A stretch of 64,000 nucleotides of DNA from NCBI GenBank assembly GCA_964351475.1, contig CAYGOB010000001.1, positions 4,459 through 68,458 on the forward strand, read 5' to 3'. Position numbers and translations under genes: made by a program. Source of the DNA: an uncultured Candidatus Saccharibacteria bacterium (GTDB lineage Bacteria; Patescibacteriota; Dojkabacteria; SC72). Under the pieces are notes generated by a model. The model worked only from the letters and a program-made list of their open reading frames with translations. It had not been told where the DNA came from and ran no database searches. Shown here piece after piece: positions 46,470 through 55,967 of this stretch (position 1 is its first letter; each line of letters begins with the position of its first letter).

Positions 46470-49391
46470 ATGATGGTTGAAAAGTTAAAAGATGTAAATC
46501 CAAAACAAGATTTTGTACGGATGGAAAAGGAACTTCTTAAGAGGTGGGAAGAGGATGGTGTCGTGCAAGGGTATTTGGAAAAGAACAAGGATTCTGAAAA
46601 GCATTTCTCTTTCATAGATGGGCCGATCACTGCGAACAACCCTATGGGTGTACATCATGCATGGGGAAGAACTTACAAGGATTCTATGCAGAGATACAAG
46701 AACTTAAAGGGTTTTGAGCAAAGATTCCAGAATGGGTTTGACTGCCAAGGGCTTTGGGTAGAGGTTCAGGTGGAAAAGGAATTAGGTTTTAACAGCAAGA
46801 AGGATATTTTGGATTACGGTATGGACAATTTCACCAACCAGTGTGTTGCGAGGGTAAACAAGTATGCGGGTGTTCAGACGGAGCAATCTAAGAGATTAGG
46901 TATGTTCATGGATTGGGAAAACAGCTATTACACGATGTCTGAGATGAATAATTTATATATATGGAATTTTTTAAAGAAATGTCATAAGAAGGGATTAATA
47001 TATAGGAGTAAATCTTCTACAACATGGTGCCCAAGGTGTGAGACGGGTCTTTCTCAGCATGAGCAAGCGGATGCTTATCAAAACATTGAAGATACAGCGG
47101 TATATGTTTTCTTTAAATTGAAGAATGCCTCAAAGAGTGAGCAAGTAAGTGAGGAATATGTTTTGGCATGGACTACTACACCATGGACTCTTTCGGCCAA
47201 TGTTCTTTTGGCAGTGAACTCCGAATTAGATTATGTTAAAACCCAGATAGATGACAAGAGTGTCTATTTAGGAAGAGATGCAGCAGATAGATTAGGTCTG
47301 GAGGATTTAGAAGATATTAAAGCAAAAGAATTACTAGGAAGGGAGTATGAATCACTGATGGATATCCCCGCTCAGGGTGGAGTAAAACATTATATTGTAG
47401 AGTGGGATCTGGTTGACTCAGAGAGTGGTTCTGGAGTTGTACATATTGCTCCTGGATGTGGTCAAGAAGACTTTGAGTTAGGGCAGCAATTAGGTGTCTC
47501 TTCTCTTTCCCCCCTAGACACCTCTGGTCATTTTGAAGATGGCTATGGATTTCTTACTGGAAAGTATGCTCATGATACTGCAGATTTAGTTATAGAGCAT
47601 TTAGAGAAGAAGGGTTTACTCTTTATGACTGAGGTTTATGAACACAGTTACCCTCATTGTTGGAGGTGTAAAACAAAGTGTTTATTTAGATTAGAGGATA
47701 ACTGGTTTATTAATATTGACAAAATAAGGGGGGATCTCAAAAGGGAAGCTCAGAAAGCAAAATGGATGCCTGAGTTTGTTGGTAAGAGGATGCAGGATTG
47801 GTTAGACAATATGGATGATTGGATGATTAGTAGGAAAAGATTTTATGGGTTAGCACTTCCTTTCTACGAGTGTACTAAATGTGACACTTTGCATGTTGTA
47901 GAGAGCAAAGAAGAACTAAAGGAGTTAGCGGTAGAACCTGAATTGGTTGATAAACTACCTAGTGTACACAGGCCTTGGATAGATGAAATAAAAATCAAAT
48001 GTCCTAAGTGTGATCAGGAAGTTGAGAGAGTTGTAGATGTTGGGGATTGTTGGTTAGATGCTGGTGTGGTTCCATTTTCTACCCTTAAATATTTAGAGGA
48101 TAGGAAATACTGGGAGAAATGGTACCCTGCCGAGTTTGTAGTAGAAATGATAGAGCAGGTAAGGCTTTGGTTTTACTCTATGCTTGTATTCGGTGTCATA
48201 TTTGAGGATAGAATACCTTATGAGAGAGTTTTAGGATTTGCAGAAGTAAGAGATGAGAATAACAAGAGAATGAGTAAGACAGCACATAACTACATTCCTT
48301 TAGATGAAGCAGCTGATAAGGTAGGCACAGATTTAATAAGATGGAATTTTTTAACTTCCTCAGTTGGTGCAAACATACGTTTTGGTTTTAAGATATTAGA
48401 TGATGTAAGAAGGAGATTTTATATTCCTCTTTGGAACACATATAACTACTTTGTTACCTATGCAAAATTACATAATTGGGATTACTCAAAATATGATGTA
48501 AAGAAGGTAGAGAATGTAATGGATAAATGGATAGTCGCTAAAACAAAAAAATTAGTAAGAGATGTTGCTTCATATATGGATGAGTATGATATGGCCTCTT
48601 CATCAAGAGAAATAGAGGCTTTCATAAAAGATCTTTCTCAATGGTACATTAGAAGATCTAGGGATAGGTTTAAGGAGGGAGATTCTGATGCAATTGGGAC
48701 TCTTCACTATGTCCTTTTGACAATATCTAAATTAGTTGCCCCGTATGTTCCATTTGTAGCCGATGAAATATATTCAAATATTGCAATTAACCTGGAAATA
48801 CCTGGTAGTAAGAGGTCGGTACACTTGGAGGATTATCCTGAGGTTAAAGCAAAGGAGATAGACAGTACTCTTGTAGATCAAATGAAAACTGTAAGGGAAA
48901 TATGTTCCAACGGTTTGAAGGCTAGAGAAATGTCTAGGCTAAGTTTAAGACAACCATTAAATAAAGCATATATAGGTTTTAAGGATGAATATGTACAGGA
49001 AATTGTAAGAGAGGAGCTTAATCTTAAAGAGGTAGAGTATTCTAAGGAACCTGTTGAGGGTAAAGGTATTGTAACAGTAGGGGAACATGAACTTTATGTC
49101 TCCCTAGATACTAATATGACCAAAGACTTACAAAGAGAGGGCATAGTTAATGACTTCCTAAGGAAGTACAGGAATTTCCGAAAGAAGAATGGATTTAGAA
49201 TGGGTGATGTAATAGAGATTGTTATATCAATGGAGGGTGAAAACAATGAGATATTAGAAGAGTTTGTAGAGAAGAACAAAGAAGAGATGGTAGTTAAGAC
49301 AGTGGATTTTGTTAGTGAAATGCATGATCCTGATGGCGAATTTGAAGTTGCAAAAACAAGGATACTGATAAAAGGCAAAAAGTACATCTAA
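46470..49391 (+). CDS. ileS: Isoleucine--tRNA ligase.
   Basis: GFDCQGLWVE (compare GWDCHGLPIE of IleRS). CPRCETG zinc knuckle. KRMSKTAHN (KMSKS). The HIGH region reads GVHHAW, which is atypical. Confidence 0.8.
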   Translation: MMVEKLKDVNPKQDFVRMEKELLKRWEEDGVVQGYLEKNKDSEKHFSFIDGPITANNPMGVHHAWGRTYKDSMQRYKNLKGFEQRFQNGFDCQGLWVEVQVEKELGFNSKKDILDYGMDNFTNQCVARVNKYAGVQTEQSKRLGMFMDWENSYYTMSEMNNLYIWNFLKKCHKKGLIYRSKSSTTWCPRCETGLSQHEQADAYQNIEDTAVYVFFKLKNASKSEQVSEEYVLAWTTTPWTLSANVLLAVNSELDYVKTQIDDKSVYLGRDAADRLGLEDLEDIKAKELLGREYESLMDIPAQGGVKHYIVEWDLVDSESGSGVVHIAPGCGQEDFELGQQLGVSSLSPLDTSGHFEDGYGFLTGKYAHDTADLVIEHLEKKGLLFMTEVYEHSYPHCWRCKTKCLFRLEDNWFINIDKIRGDLKREAQKAKWMPEFVGKRMQDWLDNMDDWMISRKRFYGLALPFYECTKCDTLHVVESKEELKELAVEPELVDKLPSVHRPWIDEIKIKCPKCDQEVERVVDVGDCWLDAGVVPFSTLKYLEDRKYWEKWYPAEFVVEMIEQVRLWFYSMLVFGVIFEDRIPYERVLGFAEVRDENNKRMSKTAHNYIPLDEAADKVGTDLIRWNFLTSSVGANIRFGFKILDDVRRRFYIPLWNTYNYFVTYAKLHNWDYSKYDVKKVENVMDKWIVAKTKKLVRDVASYMDEYDMASSSREIEAFIKDLSQWYIRRSRDRFKEGDSDAIGTLHYVLLTISKLVAPYVPFVADEIYSNIAINLEIPGSKRSVHLEDYPEVKAKEIDSTLVDQMKTVREICSNGLKAREMSRLSLRQPLNKAYIGFKDEYVQEIVREELNLKEVEYSKEPVEGKGIVTVGEHELYVSLDTNMTKDLQREGIVNDFLRKYRNFRKKNGFRMGDVIEIVISMEGENNEILEEFVEKNKEEMVVKTVDFVSEMHDPDGEFEVAKTRILIKGKKYI

Positions 49392-49557
49392 GTCGGACTT
49401 AGTCATAAATCCTTACTATTACAATAACTATTAAGGTTTTCTACTAGGAATTTAATATACTATAAGCTCTCTAAGATAGTTGACAGAGCTTTAAATAGGT
49501 GATAAATTTTAAATGTACTTTAACAGTCTTGAGTTTTTAACTCATGCTATGCGAGGT

Positions 49558-49930
49558 GTTGTAGGTTATTAGAACCTTCCTTCATTTCTACTTCCTTCGG
49601 GTTGTAGGGCATCCCTTTTCTGCTTGCAGGATTGCGATGTTTTGATGTTCCGGTGTAGGTCCGGCTCCTTGCTTGTGCAGGATGTTGTTGGTTATTAGAA
49701 CCTTCCTTCTTCTTACTTCCTTCGGGTTGTAAGACACTGCTTTTTTGCTTGCATTAATGTAGTGTTTGATGTTCCGGTGTAAGTCCGGCATCCTGTTTAT
49801 GTAGGGCGTTGTAGGTTATTAGAACCTTCCTTCTTCTCATTTCCTTCGGGATTTGGGGCATCTCTTTCTATTTATAGTTTGCGATGTTTGGAGCTCCGGT
49901 GTAAGTCCGGCGTCCTGCTTTTTTGTTTCT
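49558..49930. repeat. Tandem direct repeat, 3 units of about 124-126 bp at roughly 80-85% identity.
   Basis: Each unit runs gttgt(a/t)ggttattagaaccttccttc...ttccttcggg...ttgcttgca...tgttccggtgtaggtccggc..cctg.tt. Lies in the convergent intergenic region between ileS and cdnL. Track ORF 49588-49791 (minus) is inside it and probably spurious. Confidence 0.8.
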
Positions 49931-49943
49931 TAATTGGTGAAAT

Positions 49944-50468
49944 TTACTCTTCTACTTCTTCTATCTCTATCCCCGTCATGTCAGTGAATCTCTCAGAGGC
50001 TGTTTTGAGTGTAACACCTCCAGATACTGCTAATTCTCCAACAATATTCCTTATAGCTCCCTCTAATTGCTTTTCTATGGTTATAGGTATTAATCTTCCT
50101 TCCTTCTTTCTTTTCTTTTTTACATAATTACAATACTGGATAATCTGTATAGAAGCACCTAACTCAGAACTTTCTTCTAAATCTTTGAACACCTTAATCA
50201 TCATATTGAAATCCTTAACCTTAGGGTTAATCTCAGGAGTTTTCTTTAGTATTTTAATTCCCTCCTCTATCTTCTTTGTTGGTAAAATTCTTCTAATACC
50301 TAAATTCTCTACATTGTCTACAGGAGTAGATATACTTAAAGGATTAGTTACTAATTCAAATTCAAAATACTTCTTTTTTTCTCCATCAAACTCTATTTCC
50401 TTTTCTCTTTTAATAACACCAGCTCCGTGTGAAGGGTAAAAAACTTTTGATCCGACTTTAAACTCCAT
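49944..50468 (-). CDS. CarD/CdnL-family RNA-polymerase-binding transcription factor.
   Basis: N-terminal FKVGSKVFYPSHGAGVIKREKEIEFDGEKKKYFEFELV (CarD_TRCF RNAP-interacting domain). 174 aa. Confidence 0.75.
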   Translation of the reverse strand: MEFKVGSKVFYPSHGAGVIKREKEIEFDGEKKKYFEFELVTNPLSISTPVDNVENLGIRRILPTKKIEEGIKILKKTPEINPKVKDFNMMIKVFKDLEESSELGASIQIIQYCNYVKKKRKKEGRLIPITIEKQLEGAIRNIVGELAVSGGVTLKTASERFTDMTGIEIEEVEE

Positions 50469-50526
50469 AAAGCGCCTTCTTTTAATATTAATTCTCTATT
50501 ATATCACGAAAATGATATAATTTTAT

Positions 50527-51558
50527 ATGAACATACTGGTAATTGGGGGGGGTACAGGTTCTACGGTAGTCCTAGAAGGAATAAAGAGATATAAGGAGTT
50601 GAAGTTAAAGGTCATTGTTGCAATGATGGACGACGGAGGAAGCAACGCTGTGGTCCGAGATGAATTTGGACTCTTGCCCCTTAGTGATGTTAGGAAATCA
50701 ATAATTGCTCTTGCAGATACCCAGAGTAATGAAGTTTTGAGAGATCTCTTTACATATAGATTCCATGACTCAGAAAGTATGCAAGGACATACATTGGGGA
50801 ACCTTCTTATGATTGCAATGACAGATATTATGGGCTCAGAAATAGGGGCAATTGAAATGTTTAAAAACATGTTTAATGTAAGAGGGGATATCATTCCTGT
50901 TACTTTAGATGATGTCAGATTAGTGGCAGAGTATGACGATGGAAGTAAGATAGTGGGGGAACATCGCATTGATGACCCTGAAGTTCATAAGAATATAATT
51001 AAATTCTATTTAGACTCCCCAGCAAAAGCCCTAGATTCTGCCCTAGAAGCCATAAGAAAGGCTGACTTCATAATCTTGGGACCTGGAGACCTATATACTA
51101 CTTTAATCCCTAATCTTTTAGCAGAAGGTGTTTCCGAAGAAATAAAGAAGTGTAAAGCTAAAATAGTTTTTATTTCTAACCTAATGAGCAAGATTGGTCA
51201 AACCAGAGATAAAACACAAAGTGACATTTTAAATATTATTGAAGGGTATCTAGAGAAGAAAATAGATTATATTTTAATAAACAGTGGAAAACTACCTCAA
51301 GAAGCATACCAAAGATATATCGAAGATGGAGAACACATAATTGAAGACGATTTACACGATGGAGATGGTAGGGTAATTCTTAGAAAAGATCTTATAGGGT
51401 CTGAACCTATCAAGAAACAGAAGGGAGATAAACTTAAGAGAAGTTTTATCAGGCATGACAGCAAGAAATTAGGAAAACAACTTTATTCGATATTCAATAG
51501 TGAAAAGAATAGTTTATTTAGGATAATTAATTCACTTCTTAGCTATTACAAGGATTAA
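50527..51558 (+). CDS. YvcK/CofD-family (UPF0052) gluconeogenesis-factor-like protein.
   Basis: NILVIGGGTGSTVVLEGI...VIVAMMDDGGSNAVVRDEFGLLPLSDVRKSIIALAD. Confidence 0.8.
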   Translation: MNILVIGGGTGSTVVLEGIKRYKELKLKVIVAMMDDGGSNAVVRDEFGLLPLSDVRKSIIALADTQSNEVLRDLFTYRFHDSESMQGHTLGNLLMIAMTDIMGSEIGAIEMFKNMFNVRGDIIPVTLDDVRLVAEYDDGSKIVGEHRIDDPEVHKNIIKFYLDSPAKALDSALEAIRKADFIILGPGDLYTTLIPNLLAEGVSEEIKKCKAKIVFISNLMSKIGQTRDKTQSDILNIIEGYLEKKIDYILINSGKLPQEAYQRYIEDGEHIIEDDLHDGDGRVILRKDLIGSEPIKKQKGDKLKRSFIRHDSKKLGKQLYSIFNSEKNSLFRIINSLLSYYKD

Positions 51559-52239
51559 CTCCTCACTAGGTTCTTGCAATTTATCTCCATCCTGAAAATA
51601 CTCTAACCTGAAACTATTTCTTTTTAGTATCTTCAAAAGATTTTCAATATTTTGACCTTTAGAGGGATGGTACTCAATAAACATATTTTTAATATTTTTA
51701 AAGCAATCACTTTCGTCCAACTCCTTTAATATCTCTAGCTCAACACCCTCTACATCTAGTTTTACTAAATCAACAGTTTTCTTAATGTATTTACTTAATG
51801 GTTCTGTTTTAACTTCTATAACCCTACTTTTCTGTTTTCCATTCCAAGCATTCTTTCTAAAACTAGCAGTGGAGAATGCTCCATAACCAGAACTGTCAAT
51901 GTGTAAATTCCTTTTTGAAGAATTTTTTCCAAGAGCAATATTTAAAATAGTTACATTTGTAAGATTATTGTAAAAAATATTCTCCTCTAACAAAGGAAAA
52001 ACATTGGGATTAGGTTCAAAGCAGATTATTTTTGAATTAGGGTATTGTGCCTTAAAATACAAAACGGAAAGACCGATGTGTGAACCAACATCCAGGATAT
52101 TTATAGTATTCTCCTTCTTACACTTAAGGTCAATCGAATATATTTCATCTTGAAAGATTTCTTTCTTGAGAGTTTGTAATTCAGGCTTGTTGAAATATGT
52201 AACTTTGTACTTGCCAATATTGGCTATCTTAGGAGTCAT
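51532..52239 (-). CDS. FkbM-family SAM-dependent methyltransferase.
   Basis: ILDVGSHIGLSVLYFKAQYPNSKIICFEPNPNVFPLLEEN. Confidence 0.7.
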   Translation of the reverse strand: MTPKIANIGKYKVTYFNKPELQTLKKEIFQDEIYSIDLKCKKENTINILDVGSHIGLSVLYFKAQYPNSKIICFEPNPNVFPLLEENIFYNNLTNVTILNIALGKNSSKRNLHIDSSGYGAFSTASFRKNAWNGKQKSRVIEVKTEPLSKYIKKTVDLVKLDVEGVELEILKELDESDCFKNIKNMFIEYHPSKGQNIENLLKILKRNSFRLEYFQDGDKLQEPSEELILVIAKK

Positions 52240-52281
52240 TGTGAAAGTATATCAGAAAGAGAAGTATGCTTAATATCATAG

Positions 52282-52872
52282 TTAATTCCCTATCTGGTTC
52301 ATTACGAAAGTTACGTTTTGAGCCCACTTTACAGCATTTGGAGGACAGTAGTAGGGGGCAATCAATTGTGGCGTGGTTAAACCTCTAGAGTAGTATCTAG
52401 AAATACCAGCAGATACAGTCCATATCCCCTCAGTCCAATTTTCAAAAGACATTTTACCCCAACCCCATGCATTATGAGGTCTAAAGGTGTGTTTTCCACC
52501 ACCAGATTCAATAACTGAGATAGCGGCTATGATTCTGTAGTCAATGTTGTAGTGATCTGCAGCTTTTACAAACTCCTCAGCATAAGCTGCTAGGGGAGCG
52601 TGTCTTCCTACAAGATACTTCCTAACATTTTCTACTTTTTGAGCATCTGGTACATAAGTAGGAGTTCTGTTTATAACAAATTCTTTTACTATCATATTTT
52701 CCTCTATTTCTACACTAGTAGAAATAGAAAGATTTCCTATACCAGAAGTCTCATTAGCTTCTACGTAGTTAACTGGTACATGGCTTGATAAATTGTTTAT
52801 CATGACAGCCCCAAACAGTATTCCTGTTATAACGGCAAGTGTCTTATTTCCCTTTATGAGCAGGTTTTTCAT
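52282..52872 (-). CDS. Hypothetical secreted protein, possibly a lysozyme/transglycosylase-like peptidoglycan hydrolase.
   Basis: Signal anchor. Motif IAAISVIESGGGKH...NAWGWG, reminiscent of the SLT-type E-S catalytic dyad. Confidence 0.35.
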   Translation of the reverse strand: MKNLLIKGNKTLAVITGILFGAVMINNLSSHVPVNYVEANETSGIGNLSISTSVEIEENMIVKEFVINRTPTYVPDAQKVENVRKYLVGRHAPLAAYAEEFVKAADHYNIDYRIIAAISVIESGGGKHTFRPHNAWGWGKMSFENWTEGIWTVSAGISRYYSRGLTTPQLIAPYYCPPNAVKWAQNVTFVMNQIGN

Positions 52873-52989
52873 AGTATTATTTTTAAAATATTAGATAATA
52901 CCAACTACATTATACCACAAACTACCCTATAGTATCCACCCGTACATAATTACTTCCCATGTAGGATTTTATGTTAATATATCTATGTT

Positions 52990-54684
52990 ATGAGTAAAAA
53001 TATATACATGAGAGAACCGCAAAGACCAAAAAGATCAATTAGTATAGGTAAACTCTTTTTTCTTTCTCTTGTAATATCTTTCTTCCTTCTCTTTTTTACC
53101 TTATGGATAACAGAAGGCTCTGACTTTACAAATGCTCTTAGATATGTTTTTGGACCTAAAAATTTTGTTATCTATGACACATACACACTCTCCTTTGATG
53201 GAAGTATTCCACAGGAGTATGTAGAAAAAGTCACGGAGAGTTTAGAAAAATTAGAATATAATGGAAAAAGAAGATTTGAGATTAGAGATAGGAATGCAGA
53301 CATACAGCTTTCCAGAGAGAAACAAGAAGATGCAGAGGAAATTTTTAGTAAACAACTTATTCCCGTAGGACATTTGTATTCCCTTGTTAATAATATTAGT
53401 AAAGAAACTTTGAATGATTTTAATCTCTTTATTTTAGATTCAACGTACAGGGAATTTTTAAAACAGGATTATAATATAGAAGTTTCCTTATTAAATTCCT
53501 ATGATGATTTAGTAACAAAGTTAGCTGAGGATGATAGGAATATTGGGATGATAGAGTTTAATGACTTAGACTTTAGAGTAAAGATTTTAGAGATGGATAA
53601 TAACTACTATCTTGAGGATCAAAGTGCTTCTGTACCTATCAATTTCTATGCCAAATTAAAGGATAAGGTGGATGACTTTGTAATCGCAATTCTTTCAAGA
53701 AATACAGGATTAGGTAATGGGTCTTGGAGGGAAGATAGGTTAGCGAAGGTTAATATGGGGGGGGTAGTTGCAATTACAAGAGGTTTAGCTCTTAAGATGG
53801 ATAATATTGGGGATAATGCATATCCTGCAAGGGAAATAGGAGATTTTCTTGCAGATGCAGACCTTACACATGTTTCAAATGAGGTGTCTTTTGTTCCTGG
53901 TTGTAAGTCATACTCAGGTTTGAGTTTTTGTTCAAGGCCTGAATATATTGAAACTTTTCAAAAGGCAGGAGTAAATATTGTTGAATTAACAGGGAATCAC
54001 AATAATGATTTTGGTAGCCAATACAGTACAGAAACAATAGAATTGTATAAGAATTTGGGTATAAGATATTTTGGTGGAGGTTTGGACAAGGATGATGCTA
54101 GTGAAATTTTGTATGAGGAAGTAAATGGTTCGACAGTAGCGTTTATAGGGTACAACTACTATGACACGATATACCCTAGTATAGCTTTGGCAGCAGAAAA
54201 TAGGGCAGGAGCAAATTCCTATTCAGAGGAGAAAATGAGAAATGATGTGAGGAATGCAAGAGAGAAGGCAGATGTTGTAATTGTTACATTCCAATTTCAA
54301 GAGTGTTGGAGTTATCCTCCTACGGATGTTATTTATCCTTTGTGTTACAAACCTCTTTCAAATCCTGACCAAAAGGGCGTTTTTAGGATGGCTGTAGATT
54401 TTGGTGCAGATATTGTAATAGGTAGTCAGGCTCATCAACCTCAAACTTATGAATTGTATGGGGATGGTGTAATCTTTTATGGTACTGGCAATCTCTTTTT
54501 TGACCAAAACATATGGATAGGTACAAGGCAGGGTTTGATTCTTTCCCATTATGTTTATGAAGGTAAACTAATTCAATCTAGAATAACCCCTATATATATG
54601 GGTAAGGATGATTTAATGCCTAGGTTAGCTACTCAGGAGCAGGGAGATTTATTGTTGAAATTATTAAAAGAGGCTAGAGAGTAA
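52990..54684 (+). CDS. CapA/PgsA-family metallophosphoesterase-like membrane protein (poly-gamma-glutamate capsule synthesis family).
   Basis: N-terminal TM. CapA core VAITRGLALKMDNIGDNAYP...ADADLTHVSNEVSF...FQKAGVNIVELTGNHNNDFG. Confidence 0.65.
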   Translation: MSKNIYMREPQRPKRSISIGKLFFLSLVISFFLLFFTLWITEGSDFTNALRYVFGPKNFVIYDTYTLSFDGSIPQEYVEKVTESLEKLEYNGKRRFEIRDRNADIQLSREKQEDAEEIFSKQLIPVGHLYSLVNNISKETLNDFNLFILDSTYREFLKQDYNIEVSLLNSYDDLVTKLAEDDRNIGMIEFNDLDFRVKILEMDNNYYLEDQSASVPINFYAKLKDKVDDFVIAILSRNTGLGNGSWREDRLAKVNMGGVVAITRGLALKMDNIGDNAYPAREIGDFLADADLTHVSNEVSFVPGCKSYSGLSFCSRPEYIETFQKAGVNIVELTGNHNNDFGSQYSTETIELYKNLGIRYFGGGLDKDDASEILYEEVNGSTVAFIGYNYYDTIYPSIALAAENRAGANSYSEEKMRNDVRNAREKADVVIVTFQFQECWSYPPTDVIYPLCYKPLSNPDQKGVFRMAVDFGADIVIGSQAHQPQTYELYGDGVIFYGTGNLFFDQNIWIGTRQGLILSHYVYEGKLIQSRITPIYMGKDDLMPRLATQEQGDLLLKLLKEARE

Positions 54685-55375
54685 GTCTTTCCAAAGTATT
54701 AAGAATTCTCATGATTTTGTTATATTTTATTCTATGAATCTTTATAAAGTAGGAGCTAGATCCATTGTTTTTATAAGATAAAGTCTCTGACTTCTCCTTT
54801 CTCTTTTTTAAAACACATATTTCAAATCTTTCTAAGAATTCATTATCAAGAATTTTTCGATTATGAGTGACAACATGTTTAATATAATTTTGATAAGTTT
54901 TTTTAGTAGGATTACCTAAAAAATTCTCTGCGTAAGTTTTTCCAATTTCTGCATTATGGATAGGAAGAAGTATGGGCATTTTGTTTTCATAACTGAGTTT
55001 TCTAGCATATTCTGGAGCACTTATTGTTACATCAAAGAATTTTTCAGATTTTCCTTCTTTGAGTATAAAATCTCTACCGTCTAAGTCTTCTTGGGCATTT
55101 GATGTAGTAATTAGAATGTTTTTTTGTAAGCAATTATTACATGCTAGAAGAAAACAACCTTCATGAATAAAACCGTCATAAAAGAGAGCTTCATTGTCGT
55201 TTTCATACCAGTTGCAAATATCGTCACTCCTTTCTTCTAAAAGATATTGGTATCTATGCAAGTCCTGATCAGAATACTGTGCAGAGGAATGTCGCCTAAT
55301 TAAAATATCTAGTGTTGTTAGTATTAGGGTAGGGACTTTTGTTTCTAGTTCAATCTTAGTGTTTGTAGTTTCCAA
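54674..55375 (-). CDS. Hypothetical protein.
   Basis: No motif recognised. Confidence 0.3.
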   Translation of the reverse strand: METTNTKIELETKVPTLILTTLDILIRRHSSAQYSDQDLHRYQYLLEERSDDICNWYENDNEALFYDGFIHEGCFLLACNNCLQKNILITTSNAQEDLDGRDFILKEGKSEKFFDVTISAPEYARKLSYENKMPILLPIHNAEIGKTYAENFLGNPTKKTYQNYIKHVVTHNRKILDNEFLERFEICVLKKRKEKSETLSYKNNGSSSYFIKIHRIKYNKIMRILNTLERLTL

Positions 55376-55442
55376 TATATTACATTGTACAAAAAAGGGA
55401 TTGATGATACAACCCCTTTTTTCGGACTATAAGTTAGCGGGA

Positions 55443-55892
55443 TTACTTTATCTCTATCTCTCTAGGTTTAACCTCATCTGCTTTAGGAAGTTTAATGGTT
55501 AATACACCATCCTTAAATTCAGCATCAGCATCATCAGGGTTAACCTTTGTAGGAAGATTAAAACTTTGTTGGAAAGAACTTTCCATACTTCTTAGGTAGT
55601 AATTTCTTTCCTTTTCCTCCTTCTCTTCTTCTTTACTCTGTCCACTTATGGAAATATTATCTTCATTTATTGTAATTTTAACATCATCCTTTTTAATACC
55701 CGGAAGTGCCATTTTTACAAATATATCATCCTTCTCTTCCCATATGTCAGCAGAAAGATTGGACAATGAAGATTGTGTTGTAAAGAAGTCATCCCATACA
55801 GTAGGTGCAAAGAAGTCGTCAAAAATTGACCTAAATGGAGTGTATGTAGAAGGATATGACCTTTTACTATCATCTCTTTTTATAATTTTCAT
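55443..55892 (-). CDS. Hsp20/alpha-crystallin small heat-shock protein.
   Basis: Alpha-crystallin domain ...DVKITINEDNISISGQ...YLRSMESSFQQSFNLPTKVNPDDADAEFKDGVLTIKLPK. Confidence 0.85.
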   Translation of the reverse strand: MKIIKRDDSKRSYPSTYTPFRSIFDDFFAPTVWDDFFTTQSSLSNLSADIWEEKDDIFVKMALPGIKKDDVKITINEDNISISGQSKEEEKEEKERNYYLRSMESSFQQSFNLPTKVNPDDADAEFKDGVLTIKLPKADEVKPREIEIK

Positions 55893-55967
55893 ATTTACCT
55901 CTACTTAAAATTTAAATATATAGCAAATAGTAACATTGAGTGCTAATGTTTGTCAAGGGGTATGTAC

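Noticed and set aside
49388-49402. Palindrome ctaagtcggacttag at the ileS stop, as a terminator.
   Set aside because: The stem is 6 bp with a 3-nt loop and there is no following T-run. That is too weak to call.
49558-49930. The 3 x 124-bp tandem repeat as a CRISPR array or as a coding repeat (ORF 49588-49791, minus).
   Set aside because: Units are contiguous with no spacers, and the unit is far longer than a CRISPR repeat. The unit lengths of 126 and 124 bp do not keep a frame and the ORF is low-complexity.
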